Below, in pieces: positions 24,420 through 37,120 of a stretch of DNA of 64,000 nt. The stretch spans positions 128,218,001 to 128,282,000 of the forward strand of contig NW_024704742.1 of assembly GCF_018977255.1 (NCBI RefSeq), written 5' to 3'. The notes beneath the pieces were generated by a model. It was not told the DNA's origin. It ran no database searches and saw only the letters and a list, made by a program, of their open reading frames with translations. Position numbers and translations under genes: made by a program. Origin of the DNA: Callorhinchus milii (Eukaryota). How positions within the stretch are numbered: position 1 is the stretch's first letter; each line of letters begins with the position of its first letter.

Positions 24420-24700
24420 TTAGAAGCATAGAATCTAACAACACAAAAGGAGGCCATTCGACCCGTTGTGTCTGTGCCTGCTCTTTGAAAGAGCTATCTA
24501 ATTGGTCCCAATACTCCCTTCTTACCCCATAGCCCTGCAAATTTTTCCTTTTTAAATACCTATCCAATTCCCTTTTGGAAGCTATTATTGAATCTGCTTT
24601 CACCACCCTTTCAGGCAGTGCATTCCAGACCATAGCAACTCTCTGGTAAAAAAGTTTCTCATTGTCTCCCCTCTGGCTCTTTTAACAATTATCGTAAATA
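24420..24700 (-). mobile_element. CR1 LINE 3' end
   Basis: VWNALPERVVKADSIIASKRELDRYLKRKNLQGYG. Other CR1 remnants lie at about 19855-20085(-), 28250-28480, 33800-34055, 47690-48040, 48250-48420, 51830-52050 and 55930-56260(-). Confidence 0.85.
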
Positions 24701-25164
24701 GAATGGAAGATACATTTTTTAAAAACAGTAAAATATAGGGCTCAATTTTATGTTTGCTTAAAAAAATTCATAAAGTTTTTAATTAGAAATTGATGTTTCT
24801 AGATTGAACTTTGAAAAACAGTAGCTGGTACTCATTAATATGCTGGTGAAGACAGAGTAGATGGTGAAGTACAACAATAACAACTTGCATTTAGATAGTG
24901 CCCTTCATGCAGAGTAGCATCTCAGAGTGACACTGAGTCAGGGGGGCGAAAAGAAGAGGTAGAAGTAAGCACTGTTAAAGAGGAAGGTCTTCAAAGTCTG
25001 CATAACACGTTGCAGAAGCCTCTGTCCTTGCAGTTTACTGAATCCTCAACATTGGAATAATTGTTGGACAGAACCTGCAGGAAGCAGGAACTGATTAATT
25101 CAAGTGGATCAAGGATGGTGGGGGGGTGGGAGGGGAACGCGGGGAGAACGGAGGTTAAACCTAC

Positions 25165-25441
25165 TTGTGAGAAGAAATTATATAACAATGTGGTTTTACG
25201 CCCATCTTGAAGAAAAGTGAAAAGACAAAGGGGCAAACTTCTGCTCTTCAGTAAATCATCTTTTCACATGTTCACTTGATTGTCGCCAAAGCACTTTTTA
25301 TTCCTTTGGCATTGAATTTGTATGAAAGTCCTCCACTTCCATATAACTAATTTTTTCAACAAACTCACGTCATTTCTATGACAGATGATGCAGGTCTCCC
25401 AGCACAAATGCTGTTCAGAGGAAACGTGGCTTGCTTTGAAC
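25165..25441 (-). pseudogene. Pseudo-exon J (extent ambiguous)
   Basis: ccatag| acceptor. Either a 73-nt stop-free exon to ac|gtgagt at 25369 (SKQATFPLNSICAGRPASSVIEM) or a longer stop-riddled frame to |gtaggt at 25165. Confidence 0.45.
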
Positions 25442-26282
25442 CTATGGTGTTTCTGAATAATCTTGTTTTAAAGGCAGAGTATATTTATAAATATGAATAT
25501 TTATTAGATTGATTGGATACTCAGCGAGTGAACGTAATAGATCTTTTGTGTAGCACTTATCAAAACATCCGTGACCTGGAGGAGTTTCCCAGACTCAATT
25601 CTTTAGTGAATCTTTGTCAATGAAGTAAAAATTTAATCCTTTAGACAATAAACAAGGTTTGTAAAATTAATTAAATGCTTTAGACATCTCAACAGCGTGA
25701 TGAGGCACTTTATCAAATGCAAATTTATTGTTTTTTATTATTGTTAATTCAGTGAGTATTTGATTATCATGGAGCTACCTGCAGTGGAGCAGCAATCCCC
25801 AGCCTCTTCTGAATGGGTCGGTGTCCTCTACCTTTGCTGTAATCCTACAGATACATTCATTATGCTTTACAGTCAATCCTACGAAACGTTTTGAGATGTT
25901 TCGACATGATCAAATGTTATACCAAAATACAAGGATTATTATAGGATTATTTACTTGGAATCACATAGTCTAAACTGACACTCCAATGCAGTACTGGGGG
26001 GGAATTGCATTGTGCGAGGTGCTGTCCTTTGGATGAGATGTTAAACTGAAGTCCCAACTGCCTGTTCTCTTCAGCAAGACAAAGGTGTAAAGTGGGTCAA
26101 AACTGCTAATAAAAAACTGAGGAGAAAAAACAAAGTGATTTTGATCCATTTCAAAAGATTCTTTAAATGTACAATCCGTGGTTGTTTAAACAGACCCAAA
26201 TGGATTGAGCTTGTTTAAATGAAAACTATTGAGAGCTTTTACTTAAAACATTGTTGTATTTTGTGCTGATAACACTCTTAGC

Positions 26283-26678
26283 CTTTATATCACTATGCCA
26301 ATAAAGTCAGTGTATATTTTGGTTGGTAGATGGCCAATCTGTCTTGCTGAAGAGACTTTAGTAGATTCTCCAGCGCCTTGGGACATCCTCCCGACGTGAA
26401 AGGCGCTATCCAAATGTAATTTTGTTGTTTTTATTGTAATTCTTCTGTTTCCAAATGGTAGATTAGCACGTGAGCACACAACATACAGCAACGTAGAATG
26501 ATAAGAACTGGGGTAATTGGGTTAAATGTTTCGCTCACAAAATACACAGTCACTACACTTTACAGTATATTCTGTGAAGCGCTTTGAGAGACATGTCAAC
26601 AATGTGATAAAGGGCTATAACAAATGCAAGGATTATTATTATTGTTATATTATTATAATTTCTGATCTCTCAGTCCAC
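26283..26678 (-). pseudogene. Pseudo-exon I, split by a SINE piece and an L2 tail
   Basis: ctttatttcag| phase 1. Pieces 26657-26678, 26438-26524 and 26283-26371 join in frame: GLRDQK-FNPITPVLIILRCCMLCAHVLIYHLETEE-LENLLKSLQQDRLAIYQPKYTLTLLA**YK. Confidence 0.75.
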
Positions 26679-27169
26679 CTGAAATAAAGATTTACTTGTA
26701 TGATGCTGATCGGATTCACTTATACATCCTTTCGCTCAGCAAACAGTGACCTGCTTCATGTCCCCTGTTGCATCCACTTCATTATTGGTGGATTGTTTGG
26801 TCATTATTTATACAATTATTGTGCATACAACTAAGAATAGAATAATATTCCCTTAAATTAAATTGGTACGAGTCTGCTGCTGAATGTTACTTCCTGCAGG
26901 TTGTAAAATATGTTAAAAATAAACTATGAGGTTGCACTGCTAATTTAACTTATTCATTATGAAAAGTAATACATAATAAGTTAAACATGCATGCTATTTT
27001 TCTTCTGTGGAATGGCTAGGTTCATCAACCAATCATTAGGTCATTAGATTCATTGGGTTCATTAGGTATTAAGTTCACTGTAGCTTCATTAAATGAAAAC
27101 AATTACTAGTATTATATATAAGTGAATGAAAATGTTCTCTGTCTTTAAATTTGACAATTAGCAGACATC

Positions 27170-27570
27170 AATAACAACAAGTTGCATTTATAGAGCACCT
27201 TTCATGTCGGGAGGACATCCCAAGGCGCTGGACAGTGAAGGGTTTGTTCCCAAGCTAGGAGCTGGAGTTAAGAGGGGTGAAGGGCGAGAGAAGTGGAGGT
27301 GGGAAGATGATCACAAGCGCAGTTGAAGAGAAAAATCTTGAGAAAGACCTTGAAAGAGGGAAGGGAGGGAGCAAGGCAGAGAGGCTCTGGGATGAAGTTC
27401 CGGAAGGTGGGGGTAGAAAGGCTGAAGGCCTGACCACTGATGGTGGAGCGAGTAGGGTGGGAGATATGGAGCAGGCCAGTGCCCACCGAGCGGAGGGAGT
27501 ATACAGTTTTAGTGGGTGAGAGTTAAGGAGCAGCAAGACAGTGGAGGGCTTTGAAGGTGACAATGAGCAC
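27170..27570 (-). mobile_element. L2 3' fragment
   Basis: Typical L2 tail (gcatttata...cctttca..tcgggaggacatcccaaggcgctg). Similar decayed copies lie at about 3140-3480, 15670-16000, 32900-33315, 36080-36580, 46320-46770 and 56280-56740. Confidence 0.85.
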
Positions 27571-27642
27571 TCATCTTGATGATGACAAGACTGTATATTT
27601 GTCTCTTTATCAGACTCATCTTTCTAAATCCTTATCCCTTAC

Positions 27643-27820
27643 ATATTCAAGTTTTAGAGTTAATTAATGTGGAATCGGTTTTGAAAATCCCTTGATATGC
27701 TGATTGCGGCCAATTACTTGTCAAAAATACAATGTTGAGGATATCCTCTCCTCGATCCACTGTCTTATTTTGAAAACCTTTTGTCACGCCTTGGACTGCA
27801 TTGGCTATTTAACAGATTTT
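27643..27820 (-). pseudogene. Pseudo-exon H (vWA-like LNIVFLTSNWP)
   Basis: Strong acceptor ttttaaccttctctttctcccacag| and donor at|gtaagg; 178 nt, phase 0->1. Reads KIC*IANAVQGVTKGFQNKTVDRGEDILNIVFLTSNWPQSAYQGIFKTDSTLINSKT*I. Confidence 0.75.
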
Positions 27821-29272
27821 CTGTGGGAGAAAGAGAAGGTTAAAACCTAAAATTGCTTCCATCTATTATTCAGGAAGGGAGAAACGAGACTTGTAATGAC
27901 TTATCTCCTGGATGGGTAGACGCGAACATATGCTACATAATGAACCTAAGAACTTCACACTCAATAAATCTTAGTGCACCCTCCGCTTCCAGCATTGCTA
28001 TTCTAGAACTAATGAGTACCATAAACCCTGTGGGAAAATAACTGGTGCGGGGATGCTATAGTAATTAGTTCCATTGGTCCCTATCACAGTGGAGCAGAAG
28101 TTTACGCTGTTTACATACACATTTATATCTCTATACTACTATAAATGAGTTGAGCGAATTTAATATCGGTAGTGGGAAAATTAATGAAATTTATCATTAG
28201 TAACTGAGCATTTGGGTAACTATAATATAAGATGATCAGAGTGAATCAGAGTGAAAGGTAAGTTATGTCTAACTAATCTGGTTGAGTTCTTTGATAGCAT
28301 TGGTGAGACAGAAGACAGAAAAGGATCTATGGATTACATCGTGTGCATGGATTCAAAAAGGTAATTGGTAAGCTTTTCCCAAAAGGGATTGCAAACTGAA
28401 ATAGAGGTGCACGGAACTGGAAGCAACTTAATACCTTGGATTGGAAATGGGCTGAAATATAGAAATCAGAGGGTAGGGATTTACACAAATGTTAAACACA
28501 TTTGCTCAGCCTGGGGTATCTGGAGTCTAACTTCCAGTTTAAATTAATAAATTCTTTGAAGTATTAATTCAGTACTTAAATACTGAAGAATAAAGTTGCT
28601 GTCTCAATTGGCATTCATAAGATATCATCCGCGAGAACAATACAAAGACCATTTCATAATCTACTATTCTGCTATTCTACATTGGTGGCCAATATGATAC
28701 AATTACAATGCATATTTACAGGGCACCTTTCACATCAGGGGCGTTGCATAATGCTTTACACTGCTGGCTGGGCACCTGAGCTGGAGGTTAGGGAGGAGAA
28801 AAATAACCAAAATGTGGTCAAAACATAAGCCTTGAGGAAGGCTTTGAAAGTTGGGAGGGAGGGGCCGAGTCAGAGGAACTCCAGCCTGGAGTTCCCCAGA
28901 GAGTTTGTGCCCTCTGCAAAGGCTGAGTAATGGGTCAAGCAAATAATGGGTCAAGCGCTCTGGGACACTACCCTGCATGAAGTGCCCTATATAAATGGCT
29001 GAATAAATCTCCTGATAATGGGGTGGATAGGACAGGGGACACGAAGAGGACCAGTGTTTGTTGAAAGCAATGTTTATTCTATGCCTGTCAAGCTCAAGCA
29101 TATAAATCAATGACCCAGTACTCTCCCAGTCATAAACCTACTCTCTTTTCCATATAATAAAGAGATGGACTTGCTCTGAACTTGCTTTGTGGTGACCGTA
29201 GCATACTTGCAGTGACTGCAGTATATTTGCAACTATAATTACATCTAACACAAAGCAGATGGAATTGCTTAC

Positions 29273-29451
29273 CCTGTTTATTTCATATCGGCACTGATCC
29301 CTGTGTTACCATCTGTTCTGAACTGACTGAAGCAAGCTGACTGTCCCCATCAGCTCCTTGCCGTCAGAAGGAATCACAGCAGCAGTACAGGTGGTGGACA
29401 TAACTGCAGGCTCTGTATTGAGGCACACGGATAGAATATTAAAGGGCTCTC
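29273..29451 (-). pseudogene. Pseudo-exon G (vWA-like beta strand FNILSV)
   Basis: tttaatacag|...agg|gtaagc; 179 nt, phase 1->0. Reads EPFNILSVCLNTEPAVMSTTCTAAVIPSDGKELMGTVSLLQSVQNRW*HRDQCRYEINR with one stop in 59 codons. Confidence 0.75.
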
Positions 29452-30425
29452 CTGTATTAAATTATATTTTAAATATAAATTAATTATAATTTAATTACAA
29501 ATGAAGAATATTAAAGTGACTCAATCTGCCGGCAAACTCAATGATCCCTCGGCCCATCCCCCATATGAAACTATACTGTCTACTGTAATGCAGTGAGTAG
29601 AGGGAACAAGGTATCTCTCTATCTATATCTGTCTATCACTCTTTCGAACAGTCTTATTGATTCTGGCTCTGCAGCTTAGGTCAGAGTATTCCACATCTTT
29701 GCAACTTTCTGTATGCAAAAATGTTTCCTGATCTCAGTCCAAACTGATTTATTTCTCATTTTAAGGTTATGGCCCCTTGGAATTGATCCCTCCATCAGAG
29801 GGATGAGTCAACAACAACAACAACTTGCATTTATATCGCACCTTTCATGCGGGGTAGTGTTCCGGAATGATTGACTGTTCTACTATCACCTACTGTCAGC
29901 GCCTTGGGATATCCTCCCGAACTGAAAGGCGCTGTACAAATGTAATATTGTATTGTATCTAACCTGTAAATTCCTTTCATTATTCTAAATAATTCAATCA
30001 AATGGCCCCTTAACCTCCTCTACGCTAAGGAATATAATCCCACAAGACAATAGCACCTGACAGACAATATTGCGGAGTCCTGTAGCATAGTGGTTGGAGC
30101 ATTTGCCTCGCAAGCGATCCAGGTTCAATTCTCGGGCAGGGCACAATCTTAAGGAAGCACAATTGTTATTCGATTGGTGGATCACTTTCTGGGGGTAATA
30201 ATCCCTTCAAAAAATAAATAAATAATAATTTGGTCACTCAATTGACGACTGTTATACAAATGTAATTTTGTTGTTGTTGTTTGTGGGACACTGTTGTGCG
30301 CAAGTGGATGCCGTGTTTTGCCCACAAAATATACAGTCAATTCACTTCACAGTATATTCAGTGAAGCACTTGATAATGTCTCAACGACATGATGAAGCAC
30401 TATATCAAATACAAGGATTATTATA

Positions 30426-30542
30426 CAGGGTGACCAAAAAGTCGTGATAACTACCCTATTATCTAAAAAAAATACAGTATATCGCCATTTCTTTAAGACT
30501 TATTAGTCATTGTAATGACATCATGATTTTTTGGTCACCCTG
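30426..30542. mobile_element. Tc1/mariner-type MITE
   Basis: ~23-bp TIRs (cagggtgaccaaaaagtcgtgat, 2 mismatches) flanked by TA on both sides; 117 bp. Confidence 0.85.
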
Positions 30543-30557
30543 TATACATATTATACT

Positions 30558-30930
30558 GGAGTCCTGTACCTCAGTGGTTAGAGCACTCGCCTCGCAAGCG
30601 AGAGACTTGTGTTCTACTACTGGCAGGGTGAAATGATGGACAAGTTTCCTTACTCCACACGCCTCTGTTTACCTAGCAGTAAGTAGGAACCCAGTTGTTA
30701 GTCGATTGGTGGATCGCTTTTCCGGGGATAATAATTGCTAAAAAAAAAAATTTGGTCACTCAATCCCTGACCGTTTGTGGGACACTACTTTGTGCGATTG
30801 GCTGCCATGTTTCGCCCACAAAATATACAGTCAATTCACTTTACAGTGTATTCTGTGAAGCACTTTGAGACGTCTAGAAGATGTGAAAATCGCTATATCA
30901 AATGCAAGGATTACTATTATTATTATTATA
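30558..30930 (+). mobile_element. Full-length tRNA-derived SINE (same family)
   Basis: tRNA head, core and tail present. Other copies lie at about 13159-13307, 30074-30423, 31620-31837, 31967-32315(-), 34660-34930, 37890-38165(-), 43873-44034, 47315-47668(-), 48945-49175, 57977-58295 and 59095-59290(-). Confidence 0.9.
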
Positions 30931-30959
30931 GTATAACGACATTGTTCTTATAGTTCTGC

Positions 30960-31540
30960 ACGCATAGTTTATACTAGGTAGTGTGTTAGCTAATGCTGTG
31001 CGACAGGCGTATTAATATTCAGGCCTGCTCCATGATTGCAGTTATGAGGTTAAAACTTCTTTTGCTTTCTTTAATTTAATTCCGATGCACGGTATCATCA
31101 TTCAGCTGTAAATGAACTGATTTCAGTCATTTGTTCATCCATTATTAGAACATCCCACTATGATTATCTCAACTGCTAAACAAGACCATGAGAAAATGAA
31201 TTCGGAATCTTATTCGTGCCAACCGACTGATTATAGGATTGCCAGACAGTTAAAAATGAGACTCAATCTACTTGCCATCCATCATCTAAGTGTTGTGCTT
31301 ACAGATACTTGGATTGATGAAAACTGGGGGCACTTTTTTTCACCATAAACCTGCGAGATATGGATGGAATCTTGCTGCCGCGGATTAAAATGAATTATTG
31401 CCACGTATCGTTGCAAGTACTGTTTAATTAAATTGCATTTCTTAACTTCTCTAACTGATTGATTTGTGCTAGTGTGACCTTCAGAAGAAAAGTAAGCAGA
31501 GCTAACTTTGGCGACTGACAAAGAAGTGGCTGAAAGTAGT
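30960..31540. promoter_or_regulatory. Candidate conserved non-coding element
   Basis: Unique, CpG-retaining block with TGATGGATGG (31275-31284, -), TGATTGATT (31456-31464) and several TAAT cores. Confidence 0.4.
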
Positions 31541-32442
31541 GTAACAGATACTAAGGCCTGGAAGCGAGGGATGCCCTTGGGTTGTACCTGAGAGGAGCCT
31601 GCACCTGCTTAAACATGATGCCTCCAAAAAATAATAATCCCTCCAAAAAAAATAAATTGGTCATTTTCAATCTACGACTGTTTGTGGGACATTGCTGTGC
31701 GCAATTGGCTGTCGCGTTCGCCCACAAATATACAGTCAATTCACTTTACAGTGTGTCCTGTGAAGTGCTTTGGGATGTCCTCCTGACGTGAAAAGCGCTA
31801 TATCAAATGCAAGGATTATTATTATTATTATTATTATGTCCGAGCCCCTAGAACTCTCTCTCTCTCTCTAGGGCTGCAGGAAGGAGGATCTGGCCTGCAA
31901 AGACGAGGGAACAAAGAGGCCCGAGGCCTAGGCCTTATGGCTGACCTGAAGGTTTGATAGAGTCTTAATCCTTGCATTTAATATATCTCCTTATCACATC
32001 TTCGAGACGTCTTAAAGCGCTTCACAGAATATACTGTGAAGCGAATTGACTGTTCATTTTGTGGGTAAAATGCAGCAGCTAATTGCGCATGGCAATGTGT
32101 CCCACAAACAGTTGTGGATTGAGTGACCAAATTATGTATTTATTTATTTATTTATTTATGAAGGGATTATTACCTCCAGAAAGCGATCTGACAATCAACT
32201 AACAACCAGGTTCCTACTTACTGCTTGGTAAACAGAGGTGCGTGGAGTAGGGAAACGTGCCTAAGGTTTCGCCCCGCCCGGGAATCGAACTCAGATCCTC
32301 ACGCTGCAGGACTCCATATATAGGGCAAGGGGGATTGTGTGGCTCTGGTTACAGTTTGAAAACCTTTATATTTCATTGTTCCTCTGCCTGTGCTGGTAGT
32401 TTGTTCCACATGCCTGCAATCCCATTCCTGAAACTATATTAC

Positions 32443-32479
32443 TTCCATTTGAGACAATCCAGTCAGATGGCTTGTAAAG
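32443..32479 (-). pseudogene. Possible small pseudo-exon
   Basis: ctaattttcag|LYKPSDWIVSNG|gtaata; 37 nt, phase 0->1, which would bridge exons F and G. The donor side abuts a CR1-like remnant. Confidence 0.3.
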
Positions 32480-35043
32480 CTGAAAATTAGCAGATGTTTT
32501 ACATTTGTAAACCAAATATTGTTTGTTAGATTACAAAGAGTTATAGGATTGGAAGAATATAGGGACGGATGGGGTGGCATGATTAAAATTGTATGTAGAT
32601 TTATGACTCCAAATACTGTATCCAGGCAAATTAAGATAAGTTAAAAAATTAAGGTTGACCCCAATAATTGATTGTCATATTCTCAATTCTCTGGTACAAT
32701 TCACACACTTTTCTATTTAATTATATTTTCAAAAGTGTTGAAATTTAATTGATCAAAAAAAATCCATGTTTTGCTTAAACTCAGCAATGCTTCCAATGAT
32801 GCAGACTGCACTGGCTGTATGATTGATGAGAACATGAGCTACAGTCAGAGAAGCCTGGGGTTCTATCAGCCTGGCTCAGTTTATAACACACTTACGTCTG
32901 AGTCCTCGTCTGGCTCCAATGGCTCTCCATCCCTGAGAGGATAGAGCTCTTGCCTTCAAAGACTTTCACAGCTTTGCTCTTCTCTACCTCTGTGACCTGT
33001 CCTCTCCCTCTGCAAAGCAGGCTCTGGCCTGCTCCATGTCTTCCACCCGGCCCACCCCATCACTGTCGGTCGGGACTTTAGACGTTCTGCACTCATCCTT
33101 TGGAACCCCATCCCACAATCCCTTCGCCTCACCCACTCCCTTGCCTCCTCCAAGGTATGTCTCAAAACCCTCCTTTTCGACCGGGCCTTCTGTCACTCGC
33201 CTAACCTCCCTGTCCTCCATCCCTCCTGATCCCAAGTCCCAACTCGTGCCCAAATCCTTGACTATCCAGGGTCTTGGGGCGTCCTTCTGACGTGAAAGTC
33301 GCTATACAAATGTAGTCAGAAGGTGAAGGTTTCAAGCCTCGTGTAGGGACTTTGAGTTTATAGTCTAGCCTGATGCTCCAATGCAGTGCTCAGGGAGTAC
33401 TGCACTGTCCAAGTTGTTGTACATTCACTTCATGGCTGTTAGTGGGACATTGCTGTAGGCTATGATCTAATAAAATGATGAAGCAGGTTCAATGGGCTGA
33501 ATGGCCTAATATATTGGAAAGGATATAGGAAGGGTCATATGCATATCAGAATTGGCACTCTTGCCTCTGAGTCGGAGGTTGTGGGTTCAAGCCCCTCATT
33601 GCAACATGGAACCGCTATAATCTATGATGACACTCCAACGCAATGCTGGATGTGTGCTACATTGTTGGAGATGCCATCCTTCAGTTGGGAATATAAAACC
33701 AAAGTCACATCTATGCCTGTCCAGCTGGACACAAGCTACCCAGTGTGAAGGCCACTGTATAAACACAAGTTGTTGTTGTATTAGATAATTGTTATAAGAT
33801 AGTCATAAGAACAGTGAAAGGAGAATTTAAGAGGATTATTTTCAATCAGACAATTGTTGGGATGTCCTGCCAAGTAGGGTGGTGGACGGAGTCCATTTTA
33901 GCTTTCAGAGAGGAAGTAGACAGGCATATGAGAGGGGCTTGAAAGGGATAAGGTAGGGCAGTGGGACTGAAGTGATCTCCTTGTTCTGTGAGCAGATGTG
34001 GACTTGATGAGCTGAATGGCCTCCTGCACTGTAAGTTTCTATGTTTCTTTGTTTCTAACCACTGTTTCTGATTATGTCCTGTAAAATATAGAACATGTGG
34101 TAATAATGATATTCTTTATATCAATTGCAGAATCTGAACAGACTTATCAAAGCACAGATTAGGTACCCATTCTTTTCCTACGTGGAGCATGCTGTCTAAC
34201 AAGGTGATTAACCCACTGCCATGCTCAACAGCTGGAATCATCAATCACATGTGGCCAGAGACAGGTTCCAGCAGTGCTGGAGATTATTAAAAACAATTAG
34301 GAAGCAATTTCAATTTGACAACAAGACTGCAAATGCAGCTTTATTCGGGAGATACCGTGACGCTTAACATCCTGAGCTCACTCAATAGGGTAGACATCAG
34401 CAAAATTAAACTGGATAATCATTAGCTGGGAAAAAGGCTTTTAACAATCTCAGCTGTATTAAAGAGATACCATCCTTGATTAAAAAGGAATTCACCAGTC
34501 TTTTACAAACAGTGCAATGGAGTGATTCCATTATTATGCATTATTATGGAAGAGGATTGTAGGAAGAATAATGGTCGGTGTCTACAGAATACACACTCAC
34601 TGCACTTTACATTATATATATGAAATGATTTGAGACATTCTTTTGACTGAAAGGTGCTAGTTTCCTTACTCCACACGCCTGTGTTTACCTAGCAATAAAT
34701 AGGTACCCAGTTGTTAGTCGATTGGCGGATCGCTTTCTGGAGGCAACAATCCTTTTTAAAAAAAATTGATCACTCAATCCACAACTGTTTGTGGGACACT
34801 GCTGTGTGTAATTGCCCATTGCATTTCGCACCATAAAATATACAGTCAATTACAGTATATTCTGTGAAGCCCTTCGAGACGTCTCAACGGCATGATGAGG
34901 CACAATATCAAATGCAAGGATTATTATTATAATTATAACCATTATTATTATCATCAGTGCACCCAGTTCCTTTTAGGACCTGATCCAAACATTGTTAATA
35001 TTGTTTGCTGAATGCTCCATTTACATTTTTATCCAATTCACAC

Positions 35044-35258
35044 CTTTTCCGATTTAACCACGTATCTTCCGAGAGAGATCTGTAGGCTGAGATAGAAAAC
35101 GTCTGATACTTCGCCTTGATGTTTACGGATTGCAAAGGCATCATTACACGTGATTGTGTGATGCATTACCATTCTCATTGTTCGGTCCTCGTGATCAAGG
35201 CAGAGCTCCTTTGTTGTGCACTGTAACACTACAAACCTTCTCATCTTTTATACTAGTT
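35044..35258 (-). pseudogene. Pseudo-exon F
   Basis: ttactaacag|...aag|gtgtga; 215 nt, phase 1->0. Reads ELV*KMRRFVVLQCTTKELCLDHEDRTMRMVMHHTITCNDAFAIRKHQGEVSDVFYLSLQISLGRYVVKSEK and overlaps track ORF 35038-35244. Confidence 0.7.
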
Positions 35259-37120
35259 CTGTTAGTAATTAAGCAAGTAGATGGCTATGTGCATAACAGA
35301 TTGTGATTCTAGCAGTTCACACTGGATCTGCTCTGGAAAATCCTGGAAAACGATACAGAGCTGCGTTGTCCAAGATGCTGTTCTTTGGATGAGGCATTAA
35401 AGCAAGACATATTGACTCATATTGCTGATCAAATCAATAGGTCTTAACTGGATTGCTGAACTATCTTACATCATAAGAGCTTTCCTACTTGGGAATAGAA
35501 AAACAATAGCATAATTTAGACACTGCCAAAAGAACATTTCACTTAGCTCAGCTGTAACACTCTTTCCTCTGGGTCATCAGCTTATGGATTCTAGAAAAGT
35601 GCTGCATTGTTGGAAGTGCTGTTCTTCGTATGAGGTGCTTATGCGGGTGGTTGTTTCAGTTTCTATGGAAAGGGAAGGGTGTTTCTCCTAGTGTCCTGGC
35701 CTCAGATAAAATGTGGTCATTCATTTTGTGGCTGTTTGTGGGACATTGCAGTACTCAAAATTGCCTGCCGCATTCTCCTACAAATACACAGAGATCGCAC
35801 TTGGTAAAGCACTTTGAGATGCTTTGATGACACTATAAGGTGCTATATCAAATGTAAGGGTCATTATGATGAAAATATATGACCATTATGTATATACGAT
35901 ACAAAAGGGTAAAGGCTATCATGTTAACATGTCAGTGTAGCACAGATGGCAGCAATCCTGACAATCTTGCTTCTGAATCCAAAGGCTGTGGGTTCAAGAC
36001 CTGTGTTGAGGAAGCATTGTGTTGTCACTACTCCAATGAACTCCTCGCTCCAATAGCCAAAAAATCCAGTTAATCAAGAACTCCACTGCCCGCATACTCA
36101 CCCACACTAAATTCCATACCCCCATCATGCCAGTTCCTGCCAGGCTCCACGGGCTCCCTATCACCAAACAGATTGACTTCAAGATCACCACACTTGTCTT
36201 CAAATCCCTTCATCCCTAGCACCTTCTACCTCTTTAACCTGCTTACTGCCCAATCCACTACCTGTTGCCTCCACTCGACTATCCAGCCTTCTGCTTGTCC
36301 CTTGTGCCCTCTGTTCCAACATCGGTGGCTACTCTTTCAGCCACTATATGCCCAAACACTTTCCTTCAATCTCTCCAGTTTTCTCCTCCTTCAATCTGTG
36401 TGCCATGCCTCCTCCTTACCTATCTTCAAGTAGCGCCTGAAGACCTTCCTCTTCGACCGTGCATCCTGTCACCTTCCCCCTCCCATTGGCTTGGCATCTG
36501 GCTCCGGCACTGTCAAGCGCTCTGAGATGCTACCCTGCGAAAGGGGTGCTATGTAAATGCAAGTGGTTGTTATTGTTTGTTGTGGTAGTGATGCAATTCT
36601 TCAGATTAAGAGTTAAACCTAAATCCCATCTGTCTGTTCAGGTGGATGCTATACATTCCATAACACTATTCAGAAAGAGAATTGTCCTGGCCAGCATTCC
36701 AGTTGAATTAGTCATTCACCTCTAGCAGCTTGTGGGACACCGTTTCGGGCAAATTGGCTGCTACATTTGCATATAAATCTACAGTAATTTAAGAGTATTT
36801 ATCTTGAAATCCTTTGAGACAAGGCTTTAAATGAAATCCACGTATCATCCTTAGTGACTATCGTTTCTGGATAGGGACAGCTTAGGATACTGAAATCGGG
36901 CATTAATTTCTCAGTGTTATTAATGGCCATTGGAGTGATTAACTTCAATACGAATTGGTCCACTGCAAGTTCCCAAATCTTTCAATGGACATTCTAAAAG
37001 CTTGAAATGGACTGAGGCGAAGCAGGAAATCAATTCTTTGTGTGTTTTGCACCTGTTAGGTTTAACAATAATAATATTAATCCTTGCATTTGATATAGCG
37101 CCTTATTAAGTCTTCGAGAC

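Noticed and set aside
29810..29960. Twin-primed back-to-back L2 tails
   Set aside because: Host CR1-like sequence lies between the two tails, so they are independent insertions.
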